From Clostridiales bacterium (GTDB lineage: Bacteria; Bacillota; Clostridia; Lachnospirales; Lachnospiraceae): DNA of 64,000 bases. Within the stretch, counting starts at the first letter, position 1. Every line of letters begins with the position of its first letter. A program made the position numbers and the translations under genes. The notes below the pieces were generated by a model. That model searched no databases, had not been told where the DNA came from, and was given only the letters and a program-made list of their open reading frames with translations. The stretch covers positions 5,640 to 69,639 of the forward strand of contig JAQYAS010000115.1 in the NCBI GenBank assembly GCA_029338615.1. Direction: 5' to 3'. This document shows, piece after piece, positions 29,796-38,748 of the stretch.

Positions 29796-30692
29796 TTACT
29801 CCGTTGCACGCTCAAACTCATCAGTTCCAGTATCTTCCCAGTTTGTTTTTCCACTGCTTATCACTTCTCCACTGGAAAATACATATGCATAGACATCTTC
29901 TATTTCGGCGCTGCCATAATCATATGTTCCATCCCTGCCTTTTTCAGCGCGATACCTTACATACAATCCACTCTTCCCATTTTCTGACTTGCCATCATAT
30001 ACAATGTATTCCATGAAATTATCACTTTCCGACAAAATACATCTCGACGATGACTCCGATGCACCGTAATACACTTCAAATTCCCCAGCAGTAGCATCTG
30101 AATATTTCTCAAAGATTGCCTGATATCCGACTGTAATTTTCTTATTCTCTGGCTGATCATCTGCTGCGGAATCAACAGAGGAATCAGCAGAGCTATCTAC
30201 ATCCTCTCTGTTGTCATCGTAACTTTTTTCCGTTGCTGTAGAGTCTTGCTCTCTGTCTTTTTCTATATCCGTATCTTCTCTTCTATATCTGGTCGTGAGA
30301 CGTCTATTGCTGGTCTGCCCATTAAAACTCAAGGTCACAAGCTCGTCACGCTGTTCAGATCCGGACACTACCACCTCAACGCGATTACCATACCATGTCG
30401 TCTCAAGATCGCCGTCGTAAAATCTTGCACCATCATTTGCCACTTCAAATGACCTATATGCAACAGTCTTCTCTTTGCCCTTCAGCACCAGTCTTCCATG
30501 GGCAGCTCCAAATGGAAAATCCGGCTCGCCAACAGAATAGATCACAAGCTCATAATCACCATCTGGGGACGTTGACGTACTTATCTGCTCAGCTTCGTAA
30601 CGCGTCTTATATCTATCATAACCTAATGGCAGCAACACCACCATTACCAATATGCCGACTATAATCACAACATACTTTGGTATCTTGTTCAT
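29796..30692 (-). CDS. hypothetical membrane-anchored protein, two domains with an acidic linker
   Basis: 298-aa ORF; N-terminal TM; Asp/Ser-rich linker containing a 12-bp tandem repeat at 30168-30191. Confidence 0.75.
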   Translation of the reverse strand: MNKIPKYVVIIVGILVMVVLLPLGYDRYKTRYEAEQISTSTSPDGDYELVIYSVGEPDFPFGAAHGRLVLKGKEKTVAYRSFEVANDGARFYDGDLETTWYGNRVEVVVSGSEQRDELVTLSFNGQTSNRRLTTRYRREDTDIEKDREQDSTATEKSYDDNREDVDSSADSSVDSAADDQPENKKITVGYQAIFEKYSDATAGEFEVYYGASESSSRCILSESDNFMEYIVYDGKSENGKSGLYVRYRAEKGRDGTYDYGSAEIEDVYAYVFSSGEVISSGKTNWEDTGTDEFERATE

Positions 30693-30758
30693 GACTATTT
30701 CCTGCCTATCTCCTCATACATTCCTATTTTCTTCATATTTATATAAAATTCTAAAAAA

Positions 30759-31235
30759 TTAATTATTATTCTGCGAACAATTTGCCGCATCAATAGCTAT
30801 CACCAGCATAAGTGCCATGACCTCATCCTGCGGATTTGCAATGTCAAGAAAGTATGTATCGCCCCAGGAAAACAGCTGCTTTGATATCGCAGCAACCGTT
30901 CTGCCGCCGGATGTCACATCATAATTCCATGACAGGAAATCACCGCTGCACTGCCAGCCGCCATAGTCTACACTGTATGAAGGCTTAAAGAATGTGAACT
31001 CCTTTTTAATGCTTCCATAATTTCTCCCGCCTATGCTTATGTCAAATGTCGGCAGAAATGTGAACAATCTCTGGCTGACAAGTCCTATCTCATTCCCAGC
31101 AAGGTCATACACGTGAATCTGATGTGTGAGACGGAATGCCTCAGACTTTACAAAATACTTTTTATTTCCCCATTCGTCGTATATATCATAGGTATCTGTC
31201 CATGCAAATACCCGCTGTTTTATCATGAGTCTCAT
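30759..31235 (-). CDS. LURP-one-related (Tubby C-like) family protein
   Basis: IKQRVFAWTDTYDIYDE, GDFLSWNY, ISKQLFSWGDTY, LVIAID; AGGAGG RBS. Confidence 0.85.
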   Translation of the reverse strand: MRLMIKQRVFAWTDTYDIYDEWGNKKYFVKSEAFRLTHQIHVYDLAGNEIGLVSQRLFTFLPTFDISIGGRNYGSIKKEFTFFKPSYSVDYGGWQCSGDFLSWNYDVTSGGRTVAAISKQLFSWGDTYFLDIANPQDEVMALMLVIAIDAANCSQNNN

Positions 31236-31260
31236 TTTGTGTTTCCTCCTTATATCATAT

Positions 31261-31304
31261 GTCGCAAGCCGAAGGCTTGACGACCTACGCACGCATCAGC
31301 GTGC
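31261..31304. repeat. double small-hairpin REP-like element
   Basis: GTCG-CAAGCC-GAA-GGCTTG-ACGAC then GCACGC-ATCA-GCGTGC. Confidence 0.5.
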
Positions 31305-31308
31305 TACA

Positions 31309-31773
31309 TTATATCGCATACCCCGGCACCACCAGCTTTATCACATAAGACACCACAAATATCCCAAGCCACACATACACATACCACAGCCGGAATCTCA
31401 CAAGCGGTGTCCTGCCATTCGTGGCAAGCCTGATCGTATTGCCCACCAAATATATGATACAGATGCACGCCAGATACACAGACGCCACATGGTAATACAA
31501 CGCTGTCAGCAAATGCCCATGCAGCATGGCAAGTACAGCCCTTGTTGTTCCACACGCCGGACATATCACACCTGTAAACCGCCTTATCTGGCAGCCCTCA
31601 AGCCATGAAGTATCTGGGAGAACACGAAGGAGCAGTATATATACCGCCGTGCCGATAAGCAGTGTTATGAGCACTGCTATCTCCGCAATATATAACTGCC
31701 CCTCCGTATGTCCTAGAAGTTCAAATAATCTATATATTTTTCCGCTATGTCTTTCTGCGTTTTTATGTTCCAT
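31309..31773 (-). CDS. DUF2752 domain membrane protein
   Basis: C...FTGVICPACGTTRA...LHGH..ALYYH pattern; three TM segments. Confidence 0.82.
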   Translation of the reverse strand: MEHKNAERHSGKIYRLFELLGHTEGQLYIAEIAVLITLLIGTAVYILLLRVLPDTSWLEGCQIRRFTGVICPACGTTRAVLAMLHGHLLTALYYHVASVYLACICIIYLVGNTIRLATNGRTPLVRFRLWYVYVWLGIFVVSYVIKLVVPGYAI

Positions 31774-32258
31774 AGAATGTCCTTTGTCTCTATTGAATGA
31801 TTTCCGCCCTCGTATGTGTAAAGTGGGATACTCTTAGCCTCACAAAGTCTTGTCAGCTCATCCGTATTCACAAGCGGATCTGCTGTGCCATGAAAAGCTA
31901 TGCCATTTGAATTGGCATACTGCATGGTGATCTCAAGCGGAGTGAAGTATATATTTCTCACCTTCAGCCCCATCTCCGCCACATATCTTGCAGATATAGC
32001 CGTACCTATACTCTTTGATAGAAATACTATATCCTCAGTCTCCGAGAAATCCACAGTCTTAAGACAATCAAGTGCTTTATTCCAGCCATCATCAAATACC
32101 TTCTGTATCTCCTCTGGGAGATGTCCCGAAAGCTTGCCGTATGTCACATCAACAATATCATATCCTTGTGCCATCATATATTTTTTACTGTAGTAAAGTA
32201 ATGGTTTATCGGTGTGATACCCGATTCCCGGAAATACCACGCATATCTTCTTTCCCAT
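31713..32258 (-). CDS. alpha/beta hydrolase fold protein
   Basis: FPGIGY, nucleophile elbow SKSIG, FHGTADP, GGNHS. Confidence 0.82.
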   Translation of the reverse strand: MGKKICVVFPGIGYHTDKPLLYYSKKYMMAQGYDIVDVTYGKLSGHLPEEIQKVFDDGWNKALDCLKTVDFSETEDIVFLSKSIGTAISARYVAEMGLKVRNIYFTPLEITMQYANSNGIAFHGTADPLVNTDELTRLCEAKSIPLYTYEGGNHSIETKDILWNIKTQKDIAEKYIDYLNF

Positions 32259-32330
32259 AATTATCTCCTGTCAGTCCAACATTGATCCATACCAATCTGT
32301 CCATGTGACTGGGACACATTTCAAGTCATC

Positions 32331-33398
32331 TTATTTTATCAGCATAGCATCGCCAAATGAGAAGAATCTGTACTTCTCCTCAACCGCCACCTTGTACGCC
32401 TCAAGTATATGCTCTCTGTCGTACAGCGCCGAAACAAGCATCAGAAGCGTTGACTCTGGCAGATGGAAATTCGTGATGAGCGCGTCAATAACCTTGAACT
32501 TGTATCCCGGATAAATAAATATATCCGTCCATTTGCTGCCTGCATGTACTGTTCCGTCATCGTCCGACATGGACTCAAGTGTTCTGGTACTTGTCGTTCC
32601 AACGGACACAACCCTTCCGCCTGCAGCCTTTGTCTCGTTGATCATATCAGCGGCTTCCTGTTCTATGATACAGAACTCAGAATGCATGTGATGATCCAGA
32701 ATATTCTCCTCCTTAACAGGTCTGAATGTTCCAAGTCCAACATGAAGTGTCACATGCGCTATCTTGATTCCCTTCGCTTTGATCTGATCAAGCAGCTCTG
32801 TTGTAAAGTGAAGTCCTGCTGTCGGCGCTGCTGCTGATCCGTCGTGCTCTGCGTACACAGTCTGATATCTGTTCTTGTCCTCTAGCTTGTGTGTGATATA
32901 TGGAGGGAGCGGCATCTGTCCCAGCTCGTCAAGGATCTCCTCGAATATTCCATCGAACTCAAATCTGATGAGTCTGTTGCCCTCCTCAACTATATCGACG
33001 ACCTCACCGACAAGTTTGCCCTTTATAAGTTCTGTCTCAGGGTCAGGTTCATTTGACTCTGAACCAAATACTATACGTGCACCTACCTTACACTTTTTGC
33101 CCGGTTTTACCAGAGTCTCCCATGTACAATCATCCTTGCGTTTCAGAAGAAGAACCTCTATGGATGCTCCCGTATCCTCCTTGACGCCCATGAGTCTCGC
33201 CGGAAGAACCCTTGTATCGTTGATGACCAGACAGTCACCCGGATTCAGGTAGTCTATCACATCATAAAAATGCTTGTGCTCTATCGTATTGTCTTTTCTG
33301 TCCAGAACCATGAGACGCGACTCACTTCTCTTAAGGAGTGGATCCTGCGCTATAAGCTCCTGTGGCAGATCATAGTAAAAATCTGTTAATTTCATCAT
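32331..33398 (-). CDS. queA: S-adenosylmethionine:tRNA ribosyltransferase-isomerase
   Basis: [72 protein letters not shown]. Confidence 0.98.
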   Translation of the reverse strand: MMKLTDFYYDLPQELIAQDPLLKRSESRLMVLDRKDNTIEHKHFYDVIDYLNPGDCLVINDTRVLPARLMGVKEDTGASIEVLLLKRKDDCTWETLVKPGKKCKVGARIVFGSESNEPDPETELIKGKLVGEVVDIVEEGNRLIRFEFDGIFEEILDELGQMPLPPYITHKLEDKNRYQTVYAEHDGSAAAPTAGLHFTTELLDQIKAKGIKIAHVTLHVGLGTFRPVKEENILDHHMHSEFCIIEQEAADMINETKAAGGRVVSVGTTSTRTLESMSDDDGTVHAGSKWTDIFIYPGYKFKVIDALITNFHLPESTLLMLVSALYDREHILEAYKVAVEEKYRFFSFGDAMLIK

Positions 33399-33427
33399 AT
33401 CGTAATTCCTCACATATTTATTCACAC

Positions 33428-33480
33428 AAAAATAACTGTCTGACGCTGGATATATACAATATCTCCGCGCCAAACAGTTA
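33428..33480 (-). terminator. terminator after pheT
   Basis: Minus strand AACTGTTTGGCGC ... GCGTCAGACAGTT followed by ATTTTT. Confidence 0.65.
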
Positions 33481-33522
33481 CATATTATACTACTATCACA
33501 AATATTTCAAGGATAGCGCCTA

Positions 33523-35952
33523 TTACGCTCTGATCTCAATTCCGAGCTTGCTGAGCTCCTTGAGGATCTTGGCGATGATTCCATCGACCTCAGATGTCTC
33601 AAGTGTTCTGTCCTTTGCACGGAATGTCATTGTGTAAGCCACCGACTTCTTGCCCTTTGCGATCTGCTCACCCTCGTATACATCGAAAAGTTTGTAGCTC
33701 TCAAGCAGCTTGCCGCCACATTTCTTTATGACTTCCTCTATCTGTCCGACAAATATTTCCTTGTCCACAACAAGACTCAGGTCTCTTGTACTTCCAGGGA
33801 ACTTTGCTATTCCTTCGTACTTGATGTCGAAGCTTGACAGCATAACCAGTGTAGGCATATCTATAACTGCAACATATACCTCACCCTTAAGGTTGTAGTT
33901 ATCACATACCTCAGGATGTACCTGTCCGATAAATCCGATCGTCAGTTTACCCTTCTTGAGCTTTGCCTGACGGCCTGGGTGAAGGAATGTGTACTCTGAC
34001 TCCGGCTCGTATGTCACCTGTCCCTTGAGACCAACCTTGTCTGTAAGCTCCTCGAGAACTCCCTTGAGATCAAAGAAATCTCCCTGGCCATACATACCGA
34101 TAGTCAGCTTCATTCTCTCCTCTGGAAGCTCTGTGAGTGGAAGTGCCTTTGGAAGGTATACATTTCCGAACTCATAAAGTCTTGCGATCTTGTTCTTTCT
34201 ATTATAATTTGTTGCCAGTGATGTGAGAACACCGTTCAGTGATACAGTTCTCATGATACTGAAATCCTCACCGAGAGGATTTGCTATTGTAACGGTCTTT
34301 CTAAACTCGCTGTCAGCAGGCAGAAGCAGCTTGTCAAATACCTTAGGGCTCTCGAATGAGTAGCACATACCGCCAGAGAAACCATTTGCCTCAAGGACAT
34401 CCCTTGCGATGGCATTGATCATCTGGTCGTATGGGAGCTTACCAACTGTAGCCTCACCTCTTGGAAGTGATACAGGGATGTTGTCATATCCGTAGAATCT
34501 TGCAACCTCCTCTGCCAGATCTGCCATGCAGTTCAGATCTTGTCTGAAGCTTGGCACATCCAGAGTATTTGTCTCTGCATCGTATGTGAGTCCAAGTCTG
34601 CCGAAGTAGTACAGCATCTTCTCAGGCTCAACATCTGTTCCGAGAAGCGCATTCATCTTGTCTGGCTCAAATGGAAGCTTCTTGTCCTGTACAGGATTTG
34701 GATATACGTCAACAGCTCCGCCGACTACCTCACCTGCGCCCATCTCCTCGATGAGCTGGCACGCTCTGTCTATTGCCTCCATAGCAAGATTTGGATCAAG
34801 ACCCTTTGTGAACTTGGCTGCCGCATCAGTTGCAAGTCCGATTCTTCTCGATGAAAGTCTGATATTTGTTCCATCGAAGCATGCTGCCTCAAAGAGCAGA
34901 GTCTCGATGCTGTCAGTTACCATGGAGTTCTCTCCACCCATGATTCCGGCGATACCGATCTCCTTCTCGCCATCACAGATCATCAGAACGTCATGGTCAA
35001 GCTTTCTCTCCTGTCCATCAAGTGTGACAAATGTATCTCCGTCATTTGCACGGCGTACTACGATCTTGTTGCCAGCTATAGTGCTGAGATCATATGCGTG
35101 CATTGGCTGTCCGTATTCTTCCATAACATAGTTTGTTATATCGACCAGGTTGTTGATTGAACGGATTCCCTGTGAAGCAAGTCTCTGCTGCATCCACTTT
35201 GGTGAAGGTCCGATCTTCAGGTTCTTGACAACCCTTGCTGTGTATCTTGGGCAGAGGTCAGGATCCTTTACCTCTACTGATATATAGTCATTGACGTCCT
35301 CGTCATTTCCTGTCTTTGTTACCACTGGTGGGTAAAATGGCTTGTCAAATGTAGCTGCTGCCTCTCTTGCCATACCGATCATTGAGAAACAGTCAACTCT
35401 ATTGGATGTGATCTCGTACTCAACAACAACATCGTCAAGTCCAAGTGCCTTCACAGCGTCATCGCCCGGCTTCACACCTGACTCCACTGGGAATACATAC
35501 ACGCCATCCTCCGGTGCTTCCGGATAAAAGTCTCTTGATGAACCAAGTTCCTCTATACCGCACATCATACCATTTGACTCGACGCCTCTGAGCTTGCCCT
35601 TCTTGATCTTGATTCCGTCAGGGTACTCATTGTTGTCACCGTGTGCTGCCGCAACCTTACCACCGTCAAGTACAAGTGGGATGAGATCATCGACCTTTAC
35701 ATTCTTTGCCCCGGTCACGATCTGAAGAGGCTCCGCCTGTCCAACATCTACCTGACATACTACAAGCTTGTCCGCATCCGGATGCTTCTCCATAGTAAGA
35801 ATCTTGCCGACAACGATCTTGTCAAGATTCTTGTCCTTCTGTTCGTAACCCTCTACATGTGATCCTGAGAGAGTCATGGCATCTACAAACTCCTGAGCTG
35901 TCACATCCAGATCAGGAACATATGCCTTTATCCATGAAATTGGTGTATTCAT
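33523..35952 (-). CDS. pheT: phenylalanine--tRNA ligase beta subunit
   Basis: HPDADKL, LRGVESNGMMC, EITSNRVDC, DITNYVMEEYGQPMHAYD, DLAEEVARFYGY, FDVYEG. Confidence 0.98.
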   Translation of the reverse strand: MNTPISWIKAYVPDLDVTAQEFVDAMTLSGSHVEGYEQKDKNLDKIVVGKILTMEKHPDADKLVVCQVDVGQAEPLQIVTGAKNVKVDDLIPLVLDGGKVAAAHGDNNEYPDGIKIKKGKLRGVESNGMMCGIEELGSSRDFYPEAPEDGVYVFPVESGVKPGDDAVKALGLDDVVVEYEITSNRVDCFSMIGMAREAAATFDKPFYPPVVTKTGNDEDVNDYISVEVKDPDLCPRYTARVVKNLKIGPSPKWMQQRLASQGIRSINNLVDITNYVMEEYGQPMHAYDLSTIAGNKIVVRRANDGDTFVTLDGQERKLDHDVLMICDGEKEIGIAGIMGGENSMVTDSIETLLFEAACFDGTNIRLSSRRIGLATDAAAKFTKGLDPNLAMEAIDRACQLIEEMGAGEVVGGAVDVYPNPVQDKKLPFEPDKMNALLGTDVEPEKMLYYFGRLGLTYDAETNTLDVPSFRQDLNCMADLAEEVARFYGYDNIPVSLPRGEATVGKLPYDQMINAIARDVLEANGFSGGMCYSFESPKVFDKLLLPADSEFRKTVTIANPLGEDFSIMRTVSLNGVLTSLATNYNRKNKIARLYEFGNVYLPKALPLTELPEERMKLTIGMYGQGDFFDLKGVLEELTDKVGLKGQVTYEPESEYTFLHPGRQAKLKKGKLTIGFIGQVHPEVCDNYNLKGEVYVAVIDMPTLVMLSSFDIKYEGIAKFPGSTRDLSLVVDKEIFVGQIEEVIKKCGGKLLESYKLFDVYEGEQIAKGKKSVAYTMTFRAKDRTLETSEVDGIIAKILKELSKLGIEIRA

Positions 35953-35968
35953 CTATTCGTCCTCCTAT

Positions 35969-36988
35969 TTAAAACTGGTCTAAGAATCTCATATCGTTCT
36001 CGTAGAGAAGTCTCATGTCATCTATCTCATACTTGAGAAGTGTTACTCTCTCAAGTCCGATTCCAAATGCAAATCCTGAATATACCTCAGGATCTATTCC
36101 ACAATCACGGAGAACCTTTGGATGAACCATACCACAGCCAAGGATCTCTATCCAGCCGCTGCCCTTACATACTCGGCATCCCTTGCCACCGCACTTGAAG
36201 CATGTGATATCACACTCTGCTGATGGCTCTGTGAATGGGAAGTGGTGAGGTCTGAACTTGACCTTTGTGTTCTCTCCGAAGAACTCCTTTGCCCACTGCG
36301 CCAGTGTTCCCTTAAGATCCGCCATTGTGATTCCCTTGTCTATTACAAGTCCCTCTACCTGATGGAATGATGGCGAATGTGTTGCATCAACCTCATCAGC
36401 TCTGAATACTCGTCCAGGTGAGAGGATTCTAATTGGAAGATTGCCCTTCTCCATGATTCTTGCCTGAACAGGTGATGTCTGTGTACGAAGGAGGATATCC
36501 TTTGTAACATAGAATGTATCCTGCTCATCCTTTGCAGGGTGGTTTGCCGGGATGTTCAGCAGCTCGAAGTTGTACTTGTCGTACTCTACCTCAGGTCCCT
36601 CAACTATCTCGTAGCCCATACCGATAAATACTCTCTCCAGATCTTCAAGTGCTATCTGGTTTGGATGTCTGTGTCCTGTAAGCTTCTTCACTCCTGGAAG
36701 AGTTACATCTATGGTCTCTCTCTTCATCTTCTCTGCACGAAGTGCCCTGTTGATGGACTTTGTCTTCTCATCAAGTGCTGTCTCGATGGCCTGACGCGCC
36801 TCATTTACCATCTGACCGACCTTTGGTCTGTCCTCCGGTGCTACATCCTTCATGCTTTTGAGAACCTGTGTGAGTTCTCCCTTCTTACCGAGTATCGCCA
36901 CCTTCACATCGTTAAGTGTCGATACAACCTCTGCGCTCTCGATCTTGGCAAGAGCCTCTGCCTTGATGGCTTCCAACTTGTCTTTCAT
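35969..36988 (-). CDS. pheS: phenylalanine--tRNA ligase alpha subunit
   Basis: HPAKDEQDTF, LLRTQTSPVQ, PGRVFR, FHQVEG, RPHHFPFTEPS, EILGCGMVHP, GFAFGIGLER. Confidence 0.98.
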   Translation of the reverse strand: MKDKLEAIKAEALAKIESAEVVSTLNDVKVAILGKKGELTQVLKSMKDVAPEDRPKVGQMVNEARQAIETALDEKTKSINRALRAEKMKRETIDVTLPGVKKLTGHRHPNQIALEDLERVFIGMGYEIVEGPEVEYDKYNFELLNIPANHPAKDEQDTFYVTKDILLRTQTSPVQARIMEKGNLPIRILSPGRVFRADEVDATHSPSFHQVEGLVIDKGITMADLKGTLAQWAKEFFGENTKVKFRPHHFPFTEPSAECDITCFKCGGKGCRVCKGSGWIEILGCGMVHPKVLRDCGIDPEVYSGFAFGIGLERVTLLKYEIDDMRLLYENDMRFLDQF

Positions 36989-37048
36989 TGTATTTCTCCT
37001 TTTCTATTTCTAGGAATTTTGTACATTTCTACTTCGTGTATAAGTCAC

Positions 37049-37289
37049 GGAATTGCTCCGCCTTCGGCTCCCGCAATTCCTACAGAAATTCGTGCTCCGC
37101 CCTATCGGGCTGCTCGCCTCATTCTTCTTTTTGGCGTTTACCGGGATTGCTCCGCGCTGCGCGCTCTCTCAATCCCTGCACGGCATTCACACTCCGCCCT
37201 ACCGGGCTCCGTGTTTCATGTCGCGCGCGGGTGACAAATGTCTGCTGATGCATGCGAGCGAGCTCTCGCATCGCAGCCGCTTGTCACCC
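37049..37289 (-). repeat. array of five GC-rich hairpins (four with an A-GC(S)-loop-GC-GGAG core) between the T-box terminator and pheS
   Basis: CTCCGC (plus strand) at 37056, 37095, 37150 and 37192, each inside its own hairpin; outer GGGTGACAA / TTGTCACCC hairpin at 37229-37289. Confidence 0.65.
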
Positions 37290-37294
37290 TGTAA

Positions 37295-37612
37295 ACGCAA
37301 AAGTCCCTAGCATGTTATACATACTAGGGACGAATTATATCCGCGTTACCACCCTGATTCCAGACATTCATTATATGCACCATCATATATATGTGCTATA
37401 TGTCTGACTCTCATTAGACGTTTGTCGCACGTCACACGCCACAACCTACGCAGACAAATATCTGTAAAATAATACAACAGATATCTTCAATCCTTCAGCC
37501 ATGATGGCTCTGATGTGAAATTAAATACACACTCTTACCTGACCTGGCTTTCAGCCGCTGACCCGGTCTCTCTGATGGCGACATGCGTATCTTTTGCATC
37601 GTCACTGCCTGT
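37295..37612 (-). ncRNA. T-box riboswitch (Phe specifier UUC) controlling pheST
   Basis: Stem I elements CAGAGAG and GGCTGAAAGCC; specifier UUC at 37519-37517; T-box AGGGTGGTAACGCG (37342-37355); terminator GTCCCTAG / CTAGGGAC plus T-run; upstream TTGACT and TATTAT. Confidence 0.9.
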
Positions 37613-37723
37613 AGAGATAATATACCTACACGCGGGTGTTAGTCAACATCTTTTTTTACAACGGATTTCTCAATCGATCCATCATATTTCAAAAATTTCT
37701 CAGCGACTATATCTGCATCATTT

Positions 37724-38731
37724 TTATTTTTCTGCGTCATGGGATTCTGTTTCGAATTCATCCGACTCCTCCACAATTTCTCTCCGGCTCTGCCGCATAC
37801 GACGCTTCTCTGCGCGTCTTATCTTCCTCTCGCGGCGTTTTTTCTTTCTTCCCGCCTTATGTGCGCGCCTCCTTATTCCCCGGATTCCATTGTCCATAAA
37901 TTTGTTGATCTCCGCACCGATCAGCATAACGTACATACACATATACAACCACAACGCCATAAGTATAACGCTCGCAAGACTTCCATACATATATGTATTT
38001 ATTCCAACTATATTGATATAACTGGATACGCCAAATGACAGAAGCATCCACAATATAGTTGTGAATGCAGCTCCGGGCACAGCTGTCTTGATCCGCACTC
38101 GTTCAACCGGCAACGCCCAGTATGCCACAATCATAACTCCAAACAGCACAGTAGGAGCAAATGCTATCTTGACGATTGACAGGATATTTGCAACTGTATC
38201 CACCAGTTGAAAACCCTCCACCGAATCCAGACGTACCAGCATTTTTGACACAACTACATCTCCGAGAATATATATGACCATGACCGCCACCAGCATCACA
38301 CAGAATATGAGAGTATACAGAGTATGTATTGCCCTCCTGAGGAAATAATTGACACTGTCCTCCTTGCCCGCCATGAATGTCAGTCCTCTTCCTATAGCCA
38401 TGGTTCCTTTTGACGCAGACCACACGGTCAGCAATATGGATGCTGTTGTAGCAAGCAATGAACTTTTGCTGTTATAGATCTCTGCAAACATAAAATCAAA
38501 ATTAGAGTTAATCTCCTCCGGGAACAGTTCTTTTATTATCTCAAGCACCTGTGTCTCTGTAAAAGGGAGATATTTGACAAATGTAAGCAGTGTCATAGCA
38601 AGAGGAAATAACGACAGCAACAGGAAAAAAGCAGACTGCGCCGCAAATGCTGCCACCTGATCTTTATTCATTTCTGCTATAAATAATCTGATTCTGTGAT
38701 ATATGAAAATCGTTCTTTTCTTAATCTTCAT
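37724..38731 (-). CDS. YihY/virulence factor BrkB family membrane protein
   Basis: AAQSAFFLLLSLFP, WSASKG, YGSLASVILMALWLY...LIGAEIN; long Arg/Lys-rich tail. Confidence 0.9.
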   Translation of the reverse strand: MKIKKRTIFIYHRIRLFIAEMNKDQVAAFAAQSAFFLLLSLFPLAMTLLTFVKYLPFTETQVLEIIKELFPEEINSNFDFMFAEIYNSKSSLLATTASILLTVWSASKGTMAIGRGLTFMAGKEDSVNYFLRRAIHTLYTLIFCVMLVAVMVIYILGDVVVSKMLVRLDSVEGFQLVDTVANILSIVKIAFAPTVLFGVMIVAYWALPVERVRIKTAVPGAAFTTILWMLLSFGVSSYINIVGINTYMYGSLASVILMALWLYMCMYVMLIGAEINKFMDNGIRGIRRRAHKAGRKKKRRERKIRRAEKRRMRQSRREIVEESDEFETESHDAEK

Positions 38732-38748
38732 AAACAACTACACTCCAC

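Noticed and set aside
33400-33520. preQ1 riboswitch upstream of queA
   Set aside because: No preQ1 consensus; the hairpin with a T-tract is better explained as the pheT terminator.
37049-37289. CRISPR array interpretation of the pheS-leader repeats
   Set aside because: Units are not identical direct repeats, spacing is irregular (39, 55, 42 nt), and there are no cas genes.
36539-37310. ORFs 36539-37234, 36988-37248 and 37053-37310 (+) as genes
   Set aside because: They are antisense to pheS or run through GC-rich hairpins, lack an RBS, and have Ala/Arg/Pro/Ser-rich translations typical of repeat artefacts.
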